From Halomicronema hongdechloris C2206 (GTDB lineage: Bacteria; Cyanobacteriota; Cyanobacteriia; Phormidesmidales; Phormidesmidaceae): 32,000 nt of DNA. Both the position numbers and the translations under genes were made by a program. The notes below the pieces were generated by a model. That model ran no database searches. It worked only from the letters and a program-made list of their open reading frames with translations, and was not told where the DNA came from. Below are positions 19,483 to 27,069 of this stretch, piece after piece; within the stretch, counting starts at the first letter, position 1, and the number at the start of each line of letters is the position of its first letter. The stretch covers positions 3,300,001 to 3,332,000 of the forward strand of contig NZ_CP021983.2 in NCBI RefSeq assembly GCF_002075285.3, given 5' to 3'.

Positions 19483-19547
19483 ATAGCCAGTTGTCACATA
19501 AGCTAGCTGTCACGACATAGCTAACTGTCACAATAGCTAGCTGTCAC
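19483..19547. repeat. Four tandem imperfect 15-18-nt repeats, core ATAGCYARYTGTCAC
   Basis: Units are ATAGCCAGTTGTCAC (19483-19497), ATAAGCTAGCTGTCAC (19498-19513), GACATAGCTAACTGTCAC (19514-19531) and AATAGCTAGCTGTCAC (19532-19547). They lie in the intergenic region upstream of prs. Confidence 0.8.
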
Positions 19548-19647
19548 ATATGGCCCAGTGTTCAGGCAATTATCAAGGTGACGGACTCAGGGGCTGGCGA
19601 TCTAGTCTAGAGAGGAGGTCGGGAGGGCCATGGCGTTCACCCTGGAT

Positions 19648-19683
19648 CGACATGGGAACGACATCGGATACGACATCGGCATA
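19648..19683. repeat. Three tandem ~12-nt repeats CGACATSGG(A/C)AT-like
   Basis: CGACATGGGAA (19648-19658), CGACATCGGATA (19659-19670), CGACATCGGCATA (19671-19683). Read directly from the sequence. Confidence 0.6.
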
Positions 19684-19789
19684 GCTCTCTAGCGTTATTT
19701 GTCATTATATGGGATTGGCTGTTTGACTGCATTGCTCTGAGGCTCCGGGCTTGGTGCCTGATAGGGGTTGGCTATCAGAGATAGTAGGC

Positions 19790-21469
19790 CTAAGACGATT
19801 GCCTACGGCTAGAGCAGCGATACCGTTGATAGTAATAGTGCAACCTGCCGACGCGATCGGGATCACGCTGACACAGGACGGAATTTGCGGCAGTTGCCGC
19901 CAGGGATAGCGTCTCCGGATCCTTGCGATTGGGCATGCCTTGGCGACTGATGACCCAAAGATTGGTGGGGAATGGGGGCGGTAATGCCTGCTCGCTGAGC
20001 CTGGGCCAGAGGGCATTTACGGAAAATAGTCCCAAGGAGACGGGCTGGGTAAAGTCTGATTGGGCCTTGATGGCGAGTCCATAACTCAGTCCCAGGGCTG
20101 CCTGTTGTAAGGGCTCGGTATACCCCACCGCTAATACCACCGGTTGAGAGGGATCTGTGGTTATTATCTGGGCCATGGCGCCCGGTTCATAGGGCTTTGA
20201 GAATACCCAGCCGGTGACCGTAAGGCTGACGCTGATCCCCCCCACGACTAGGGCTAAGGCCCGAATAGGTTGGCGGCTACGACCGGTGTCTTGAACCGTG
20301 AGGCAAGCCCCGAGTAGAACGCAGAAGGCAGGATAGTAAACAAAGGCGTAACGGGGGGCTACCGTGATATCCTTCCCCAGCCCATAGACAATCATGCCGA
20401 ACTGGCCTAAGACTAACAGAATGAAGCCCAGTAGTAGCTGGGTATTTGGATGCCAAGAGGGTTGCTTCAAGAGGGGTTTGCTGCCTCGATAGCCATGAAT
20501 TGCCAGCCAGCCAGCAAATAGCACCATCAACACCGCAGATAGGATAACTATCCCGTCGCTATCGGCTTCTATCGGTAGGATCACCACCATGACCATCCAA
20601 CTGGCCAGGGTCTGATAAATCGGGGCTAGGGCTGTTCCCCAACTGTCGTAAGTGGTGCTCAACCAACTGGTCTCAGGGCGATCGACGTGGCTCAGCAAGG
20701 TCCATAGCCAGGGAAGATAGCTGAGCCCTAGGGTGATCAAGGCTAGACTAGCGGCTATCCAATGGCATGGGGATAAGCGACGGTGATAGATCAGCAGCAG
20801 GGCTAAGAGCAGGATGCCCTGGGCAATGACTGCCAACAGAAAAAAGTAGTGAAGGTAAAACCCTAGGCTATTGATCACAACCCATGCTAGCCACAGCCCT
20901 GGGTGAGGAAAGCGTCCCTGGGCCAGTCGAGTGTGGATAACGACTAGGCAGCTGAGGGCTAGGGCGACACCGGTCATGGGTAGGGTGTAATGGCGAGCTT
21001 CTTGGGAGAGATAGACGGTGAAGGGGGATACGGCGGCTAGGGCGGCGCTGAATAGGCCGATGCCAGGAGTAAAGGCCAACCGACCCAGCAGGTAAATGGC
21101 GGCAATGGTAGTGACGCCAAACAGAGCTGGCAACAGCCGCAGCACATAGGCCATCTCCGCTAGGGATGGTTGCCACCACCCGAGCCAGTGGTGCATGAGG
21201 CAGAAGAATAGGGGAGGATGTAAGGAATCGGTTTTGAGGGCGGTTGCGATCGCAGCGCAACTGGTAGGCTGCAGGGTAAAGAGCTGATCTAACTGATCGA
21301 GGGAAAAAAAGCGGTCGAAGGGGATATCTGCAGCCGAGCGTCCCAAAGAAAAGAGCGCCGTGATGACCTCATCGCTCCACAGGGGTTTGGTATCCAAGTG
21401 CCACAATCGCAGAACTGTACCCAGGACTAGAACGCCGATTAACCCAAGGTACTGAGACATAGATTTCAT
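19790..21469 (-). CDS. Polytopic membrane glycosyltransferase, family-39 / ArnT-PMT_2-like
   Basis: 559 aa. The N-terminus LGTVLRLWHLDTKPLWSDEVITALFSLG is typical of the ArnT/PMT_2-type lipid-linked sugar transferases as I recall them. More than 10 hydrophobic helices are followed by a soluble C-terminal domain. Confidence 0.68.
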   Translation of the reverse strand: MKSMSQYLGLIGVLVLGTVLRLWHLDTKPLWSDEVITALFSLGRSAADIPFDRFFSLDQLDQLFTLQPTSCAAIATALKTDSLHPPLFFCLMHHWLGWWQPSLAEMAYVLRLLPALFGVTTIAAIYLLGRLAFTPGIGLFSAALAAVSPFTVYLSQEARHYTLPMTGVALALSCLVVIHTRLAQGRFPHPGLWLAWVVINSLGFYLHYFFLLAVIAQGILLLALLLIYHRRLSPCHWIAASLALITLGLSYLPWLWTLLSHVDRPETSWLSTTYDSWGTALAPIYQTLASWMVMVVILPIEADSDGIVILSAVLMVLFAGWLAIHGYRGSKPLLKQPSWHPNTQLLLGFILLVLGQFGMIVYGLGKDITVAPRYAFVYYPAFCVLLGACLTVQDTGRSRQPIRALALVVGGISVSLTVTGWVFSKPYEPGAMAQIITTDPSQPVVLAVGYTEPLQQAALGLSYGLAIKAQSDFTQPVSLGLFSVNALWPRLSEQALPPPFPTNLWVISRQGMPNRKDPETLSLAATAANSVLCQRDPDRVGRLHYYYQRYRCSSRRQSS

Positions 21470-21563
21470 ACAGATGTCGTCGAGTATCGTTGACAGATAG
21501 AGTGGCCGTGTCAGGCTCCTGGTTTAGACAGTGGCTGGCAACAAAGGATCTGAATCTCTAGCT

Positions 21564-21881
21564 TCAGAGGTCATCCAGCAACCATTCCGAGGCTCGATCG
21601 CCCAAATCCAGGGGAATACTGACGGCCCGGCCCAGGCGGGGACGCTGGCGGGTTTGGTGAATATAGCGGGCGACGGCCTCCGCCTGCCCCCAGCCATTCA
21701 AGTAGTGAGCAATATGCTCCAGATGGGCCATATACTCGACTTCCGATAGGGGAAACGAAGCCTGTTCCTGATATCGCCACATCACTTGCAGGAAAAGTTT
21801 GCCCTGGGTACGGCGTAGCTGGAGATCGAACGAGTATCCCCACTTCGATAGCACTAAGGCGTGTAGTTCGGCTCCAGTCAT
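21564..21881 (-). CDS. DUF3067 family protein (conserved in cyanobacteria and plastid-bearing lineages)
   Basis: 105 aa, MTGAELHALVLSKWGYSFDLQLRRTQGKLFLQVMWRYQEQASFPLSE...RLGRAVSIPLDLGDRASEW, matches my recollection of DUF3067. Confidence 0.72.
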   Translation of the reverse strand: MTGAELHALVLSKWGYSFDLQLRRTQGKLFLQVMWRYQEQASFPLSEVEYMAHLEHIAHYLNGWGQAEAVARYIHQTRQRPRLGRAVSIPLDLGDRASEWLLDDL

Positions 21882-22436
21882 GGTGGGATTACCTCAGTCG
21901 TACTGGATTCTCGATAATTTTGACAGCCTCAAGCGTTGACAATCTGAGAACTCAATGGGGATCCATCCAGTTGTTCGAATAGGAGCCAGCGGCCTCTTTA
22001 CATTTATTCATGAATTATTATCCCTGGAAGGACAAGGAAATGGGGCAGACAAGGGGAAACGTGTCAGCTATTTTTGTAGCGATTCACGGTTAAATTTGGC
22101 TTTAGAGTGGATTTTGCCAGGATTATCGCTTTGGATATTTGGCTAACGGCCATTCCTGGCTGCGCAGAATCTACGGTTTCCCTGGGGGCGTTGTCTAGCC
22201 CGGGTATTCCCTGGAAGACCTGTCATGATATCTGCTTAGAGCAGGTCTACCCCGGTTATTGGTCTGGGATCGCCATTCTGTGAGGCTCCCCAAGGTGCAA
22301 TAATATAGAACAACTGCAAACTTCTGTGACAAAATGAGGACGCTAACGTAATGCCTAATTAAGGATTGCCCTGCAAGAGGTATGCGTGGTGTCTTGCTCG
22401 TGTTGACCACTTTGGAACCGTACGACAGCCTGGATC

Positions 22437-22979
22437 ATGACTCAAGCTTCTGGAACACCTGATGTGCCCGATATGGGGCGTCGTCAGTTCATGAATCTGC
22501 TGACTTTTGGAGCCGTGACTGGTACGGCCCTAGGAGCCTTATATCCCGTCGTTAAGTATTTTATTCCACCGTCTAGTGGTGCAGCAGGTGGCGGTGTTAC
22601 CGCCAAGGATGCCCTTGGCAAAGATGTGATCGCCAGTGCCTTCATCGACAAGCACGCTGCGGGCGACCGGCAGCTGGTGCAAGGTCTGAAGGGAGACCCC
22701 ACCTATTTGGTGGTAACTGAGGGCGATGCCTTGGCCAACTACGGCATCAACTCGGTCTGCACCCATTTGGGCTGCGTTGTGCCCTGGAATGCTAGTGAGA
22801 ATAAATTCATTTGTCCTTGCCATGGCTCCCAATACGATCCCACCGGCAAGGTGGTGCGGGGACCGGCACCGTTGTCCCTGGCATTGGTCCACACTGATGT
22901 TACCGAAGATGACACGGTAGCGCTGACGCCTTGGACAGAGACCGACTTTCGGACCGGAGAAGCCCCCTGGTGGACCTAA
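22437..22979 (+). CDS. petC: Cytochrome b6-f complex Rieske iron-sulfur subunit
   Basis: 180 aa with an N-terminal TM anchor ([23 protein letters not shown]) and the Rieske boxes [10 protein letters not shown] and CPCHGSQY. Confidence 0.96.
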   Translation: MTQASGTPDVPDMGRRQFMNLLTFGAVTGTALGALYPVVKYFIPPSSGAAGGGVTAKDALGKDVIASAFIDKHAAGDRQLVQGLKGDPTYLVVTEGDALANYGINSVCTHLGCVVPWNASENKFICPCHGSQYDPTGKVVRGPAPLSLALVHTDVTEDDTVALTPWTETDFRTGEAPWWT

Positions 22980-23025
22980 GACTCCTAGCTCTCCTACTTG
23001 ATGATTCTCAATTGAGCGATTTTTG

Positions 23026-24036
23026 ATGGCGTACAGGCTGATGAACACAACGGTTAATATTGTCGCGGAGCTGCTGGCTCCGATCCGTTATCTGGGGCTG
23101 CTGTTGCGGCGGCCCGTGGCCCTTGCTGCCCTGGTGGTGATGCTGATTAGCATGGTGGCCTTTCCCCAGGGGGCCGAAGCCTATCCCTTTTGGGCCCAGG
23201 AAAATTATGAATCTCCCCGGGAAGCTACCGGTCGGATTGTCTGTGCTAACTGCCACTTGGCTGAGAAGCCAACGGAGGTGGAAGTCCCTCAGGCGGTGCT
23301 GCCGGATAGTGTCTTCAAGGCATTGGTTAAAATCCCCTACGACCTTGATACTCAGCAGGTATTAGGCGATGGTAGCCGCGGAGGGCTGAATGTAGGGGCG
23401 GTGATGATCCTGCCCGATGGCTTTAAGATTGCTCCGCCGGATCGGATCCCGGAGGAGTTGCAAGAAGAGGTCGGGAATACTTACTTTTTGCCCTACAGCG
23501 AAGATCAACAAAATATCGTCTTGGTGGGCCCTCTGCCGGGTGAGCAGTATCAGGAAATCGTCTTTCCGGTGCTCTCTCCTGATCCTAGCCAGGATAAGGC
23601 CATCAACTTCGGCAAATATTCTGTCCATGTGGGGGGCAATCGCGGCCGCGGCCAACTCTATCCCACCGGTCAAAGCAGTAATAACACCGTAGTCAATGCC
23701 AAGGCAACTGGCACCATCACCAGCGTTCAGCCCCTGGAAGCGGGTGGCTATGAGGTAACGATTCAGCCGGATGATGGTGAGGCGGTAGTGCAGTCGATTC
23801 CAGCTGGCCCCGAACTGATTGTGTCCCAGTGGCATGCGATCAAAACTGGAGAAGCCCTTACCAACAATCCCAATGTGGGCGGCTTCGGCCAGGTAGATAC
23901 CGAGATCGTGTTACAAAGTCCCAACCGCATCAAAGGCCTCCTGGCCTTCCTCGCGGCAGTTACTATCTCTCAGATCATGCTGGTCTTGAAGAAGAAACAG
24001 ATCGAGAAAGTACAGGAAGCAGAGATGAGCTTCTAA
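23026..24036 (+). CDS. petA: Cytochrome f (apocytochrome f precursor)
   Basis: A signal peptide is followed by the mature N-terminus [27 protein letters not shown] (haem-binding CxxCH) and a C-terminal TM anchor. It lies 43-46 nt after petC (petCA operon). The track's first codon is a TTG at 23023; the ATG is at 23026 (alternative 23041). Confidence 0.96.
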   Translation: MAYRLMNTTVNIVAELLAPIRYLGLLLRRPVALAALVVMLISMVAFPQGAEAYPFWAQENYESPREATGRIVCANCHLAEKPTEVEVPQAVLPDSVFKALVKIPYDLDTQQVLGDGSRGGLNVGAVMILPDGFKIAPPDRIPEELQEEVGNTYFLPYSEDQQNIVLVGPLPGEQYQEIVFPVLSPDPSQDKAINFGKYSVHVGGNRGRGQLYPTGQSSNNTVVNAKATGTITSVQPLEAGGYEVTIQPDDGEAVVQSIPAGPELIVSQWHAIKTGEALTNNPNVGGFGQVDTEIVLQSPNRIKGLLAFLAAVTISQIMLVLKKKQIEKVQEAEMSF

Positions 24037-24120
24037 GCCATCAGGTCTAGAGCAGGTCTTCCTAGCCAATTGGGTCATGTCTGGGCTTACCAGGGCCATG
24101 CTATCTCTAAGCCATCTATG

Positions 24121-24152
24121 AAAGGGGGCATAGATCAACTGTGTCCCCTTTT
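24121..24152 (+). terminator. Candidate petCA terminator hairpin
   Basis: AAAGGGG (24121-24127) pairs with CCCCTTT (24145-24151), with a 17-nt loop and a short T-run (24149-24152). A second 8-bp hairpin, GTCAGCCA/TGGCTGAC, follows at 24159-24181 without a T-tract. Both are weak by canonical criteria. Confidence 0.4.
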
Positions 24153-24486
24153 GCCGTTGTCAGCCAGTTGGCTTGGCTGACGTGTCCATGCCACCCGCTT
24201 GAATTGGCTATGCCTGGTTACTGTCAGATAGCTTGCGAATCCAGGAACGTCAGAGATTCCCAATGTCTTGATAATGTCTTGATATAGCCAAAGGCAGAGG
24301 CGTGTGACGCAGGATAAGTTGACCCCTAATTACTTCAGGATCTCAGTCATCCAAGCTGTCCTAACCAAACCGCGGATTGCTAACCCCTGTCTCATTGGTT
24401 GAGCTGTAGGCTCTCGCTGGGTGATCGTGGTAGGGATTTAGCAGTTGTGTCAGGCTAAGGGTATAGATGACATCTCAAGAGCACCT

Positions 24487-24834
24487 ATGAGCGAGCCTGC
24501 GTCCCCATCCCCTGGCATGCCCCAGCGTCATCTGGTCATGGTGTGCCAGAACCGGTCTTGCCTTAGGAGTGGGTCTGAGCGAGTACTCGAGCAGTTCCAA
24601 CAATACAGTTGTCCCCAGCGCCTGATTAGTGCCAGTGGTTGTATGGGTCAATGTGGTTCCGGGCCAATGGTGCGAGTCTTTCCAGAAGGCATTTGGTATT
24701 GCCGTGTCCGCCCCCAGGATGTGAAAGACATTGTCCAGCAACATCTTGACCAAGGACAACCGATTCATCGGTTACTCCATCCCCGCTTTCATCCCCCCCA
24801 GGATGCCTACTCGTTTCCAGGCCACAGTAGCTGA
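24487..24834 (+). CDS. Thioredoxin-like [2Fe-2S] ferredoxin domain protein
   Basis: The Cys pattern CQNRSC ... CMGQC, followed by GPMV..P...WY, is typical of thioredoxin-fold 2Fe-2S ferredoxins. I prefer the ATG at 24487 over the upstream TTG at 24445. Confidence 0.72.
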   Translation: MSEPASPSPGMPQRHLVMVCQNRSCLRSGSERVLEQFQQYSCPQRLISASGCMGQCGSGPMVRVFPEGIWYCRVRPQDVKDIVQQHLDQGQPIHRLLHPRFHPPQDAYSFPGHSS

Positions 24835-24880
24835 CGGTGTCCTACGGCTTGATCGTCAGGGAGTGGGGGAGTGGGGGAAT

Positions 24881-24915
24881 GAAGAGTGAAGAGTGAAGAG
24901 TGAAGAATGAAGAGG
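24881..24915. repeat. Heptamer tandem array GAAGAGT x5 (last two copies degenerate)
   Basis: GAAGAGT at 24881, 24888 and 24895; GAAGAAT at 24902; GAAGAGG at 24909. The array is preceded by GGGAGTGG x2 (24860-24875). Confidence 0.85.
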
Positions 24916-24965
24916 GTATAGAAGAGAATAGTTCGTTCTTCCGCCCTCGTTCTTTCGATGTCTCG

Positions 24966-24993
24966 CTACTCACTACTCACTACTCACTACTCC
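24966..24993. repeat. Heptamer tandem array CTACTCA x4 (last copy CTACTCC)
   Basis: Copies start at 24966, 24973, 24980 and 24987. The reverse complement (TGAGTAG) is 5/7 complementary in register to the GAAGAGT array 50 nt upstream. Confidence 0.85.
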
Positions 24994-25009
24994 ATCACCC
25001 CTGACTCAC

Positions 25010-26545
25010 CTAAGCGGTTGCAGGTTCAAACTTCAGTTTTGCTCGCTTAAAGGGGGCCGGAATGTCCACGGGATAGTTCCCGGTGAAACAAGCGGAACAA
25101 AAGCTGTTGGGGTCTTGCCCAGTTGCGTCTAGCATGCCTTCCCAGGTGAGATAGGCTAAGGAGTCAACGCCAATTTGGGCAGAAATTTCTGCAACAGACT
25201 GGGAGGCTGCAATCAGCTGGTCCTGATTGTCGGTGTCAATGCCAAAGAAACAGGGATGGGTTACCGGCGGCGATGAGATCCGCATATGTACTTCAGTAGC
25301 TCCTGCCTCCCGTAGAGCTTTGACGATTTTGCCACTGGTGGTTCCGCGCACGATGGAGTCGTCAACGATCAAGACACGTTTGCCCGCTAAGACATCCTTA
25401 AGTGGGTTGAGTTTCATCCGGATTCCCATATCCCGCATGGACTGGGTGGGTTGGATAAAGGTGCGGCCAACATATCGATTTTTAATCAGCCCTTCGGCAT
25501 AGGGAATGCCAGATTCTTGGGAAAACCCAATCGCGGCAGGAATGCCAGAATCAGGCACAGCCATAATCAAATCCACATCGGCGGGAGATTCGCGGGCCAG
25601 ATAACGCCCCAAGCGCAGGCGGTAACTGTAGAGGCTTTCCTGATTGACGATGGTGTCAGGCCGGGAAAAGTAAATCATCTCGAAGACACAGAGCTTGCGC
25701 TCCGCCTGAGCGGACCACTGCACCGAGGTAACGCCGTCAGCCGTAATCCACAGTAACTCTCCCGGTTGCACTTCCCGGACGAGGTCGGCGCCGACGATAT
25801 CGAGGCCACAGGATTCTGAAGCCAAGACATAGTGGGCTGGCCCGACGGCTGTGGTCGGGGCATCGCCCAACACGCCTAAGACTAAAGGACGAATGCCATG
25901 GGGGTCACGGGTGGCAATGATGCCAGATGGGGTGCCGATGACCAGACTAAAGGCCCCCTCACAGCGGCGAAAGGCGGTGACAGCACCATCTACCCAGCCG
26001 TGGCCGTCGTTAATGGCCTCTGCGATCGCAAAGGCGATCATTTCCGAATCCGTCGTCGTAATCAGGTCATGGTCTCGCTGTAATAACTCTTCCCGCAGGC
26101 TCATGGCATTAACCAGATTGCCATTGTGGCTGAGACCCAGGGGACCCAATCGAGTTTCCACAACCGCTGGCTGAGCATTCACCGCCCGGCTAGAGCCCGT
26201 GGTCGAGTAACGAGTATGGCCCACGGCCCACTGCCCTGGCATTTGCTGCAAGCGCTCGACGGTAAACACCTGGGATACTAGTCCCATATTCTTATGGCAG
26301 TGCACCTGATCACCGTCGAAAGTGGCGATGCCCGCCGATTCTTGCCCTCGATGCTGTAGGGCATAGAGACCAAAATAGGTTAAGGTTGCTACCTCTTCGC
26401 TGGGAGCGTAGACACCGAATACACCGCAGGCTTCTTCGGGTTTGTCAGGGCTAGCGTCCTGCTCGGAGGGAGGATCCTGATCAGAAGAGACGAGATGGTC
26501 AGGGCCAACAGGATCTGAGACGGAATCAGCGGCAAAAGGCATCAT
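25010..26545 (-). CDS. purF: Amidophosphoribosyltransferase
   Basis: 511 aa with a propeptide, then the N-terminal nucleophile context CGVFGVYAPSEE..LYALQHRGQESAGI, a PRPP-binding loop VLIVDDSIVRGTT, and C-terminal Cys ligands. Confidence 0.96.
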   Translation of the reverse strand: MMPFAADSVSDPVGPDHLVSSDQDPPSEQDASPDKPEEACGVFGVYAPSEEVATLTYFGLYALQHRGQESAGIATFDGDQVHCHKNMGLVSQVFTVERLQQMPGQWAVGHTRYSTTGSSRAVNAQPAVVETRLGPLGLSHNGNLVNAMSLREELLQRDHDLITTTDSEMIAFAIAEAINDGHGWVDGAVTAFRRCEGAFSLVIGTPSGIIATRDPHGIRPLVLGVLGDAPTTAVGPAHYVLASESCGLDIVGADLVREVQPGELLWITADGVTSVQWSAQAERKLCVFEMIYFSRPDTIVNQESLYSYRLRLGRYLARESPADVDLIMAVPDSGIPAAIGFSQESGIPYAEGLIKNRYVGRTFIQPTQSMRDMGIRMKLNPLKDVLAGKRVLIVDDSIVRGTTSGKIVKALREAGATEVHMRISSPPVTHPCFFGIDTDNQDQLIAASQSVAEISAQIGVDSLAYLTWEGMLDATGQDPNSFCSACFTGNYPVDIPAPFKRAKLKFEPATA

Positions 26546-27069
26546 GTCAGGAAATGGGCTCCAATGGAAACGCTGCGGCAGTGGTCAGATAAGTCAGCCT
26601 AGGGAGAACTCTGACGATGCTACTTCTTAGCAGCAAAGGCTAAGGGCATCGGCTTCAGGATTTCCTATAGGCAGCCTCACTAAATAAGCTAACGAACCTC
26701 CTGAATGCCAGCAAAACGAGTTATCTACAGCCAGTCCAGCCCGAGAGCGGTCGTTTTTCCTGAACCAACCCTCTAAGGGGGGACTTGAACCCGATTTATG
26801 AGCAAATTGTGGCCCGTTTAACTATTCCTTAAACCAAAATAATCCTAACATTCTCAAGGTAGCCTGCCCCTCGCCTAGTCGACTACTCGACCGCGATAGA
26901 TGTCTGCAGCCAGAGCCAGCCTCAACTTGCCCCATGCTTCGTTTTTGGTGGAGCATCATACCGACGATTTGGCAACTGGCGACTACCCAATCACATTTCC
27001 TGGCCCCGTGAAACCTTGGTTGTAGCTCAATAGGTAGAGGAATGGAATCAGGGCTAGAGTGAGGAGTAA

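Noticed and set aside
21955-22410. ORFs 21955..22146 (+, 63 aa) and 22195..22410 (-, 71 aa) in the DUF3067-petC divergent spacer
   Set aside because: No recognisable small photosynthesis protein, no RBS or start context, and odd composition. The region more plausibly holds the divergent promoters and the petCA leader.
22237-24059. 12-mer TAGAGCAGGTCT present both upstream (22237-22248) and downstream (24048-24059) of petCA, with GGAAGACCTG / CAGGTCTTCC nearby
   Set aside because: By rough calculation, tens of 12-mer coincidences are expected by chance in 32 kb when both strands are considered. This is not significant without genome-wide enrichment.
26777-26792. tRNA T-arm-like GGGTTCAAGTCCCC on the minus strand in the purL-purF spacer
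   Set aside because: Only about 3 bp of T-stem can form, and there is no anticodon arm, D-arm or acceptor pairing upstream. I cannot call a tRNA or tmRNA. It is kept only as a remark in the spacer finding.
27023-27040. tRNA D-arm-like string TAGCTCAATAGGTAGAGG on the plus strand, at the purL 3' end
   Set aside because: I tried to fold a cloverleaf around it. The anticodon stem (ATGGA / CTAGA) and the acceptor do not pair, and the would-be 3' half lies inside the purL coding sequence. Treated as chance resemblance.
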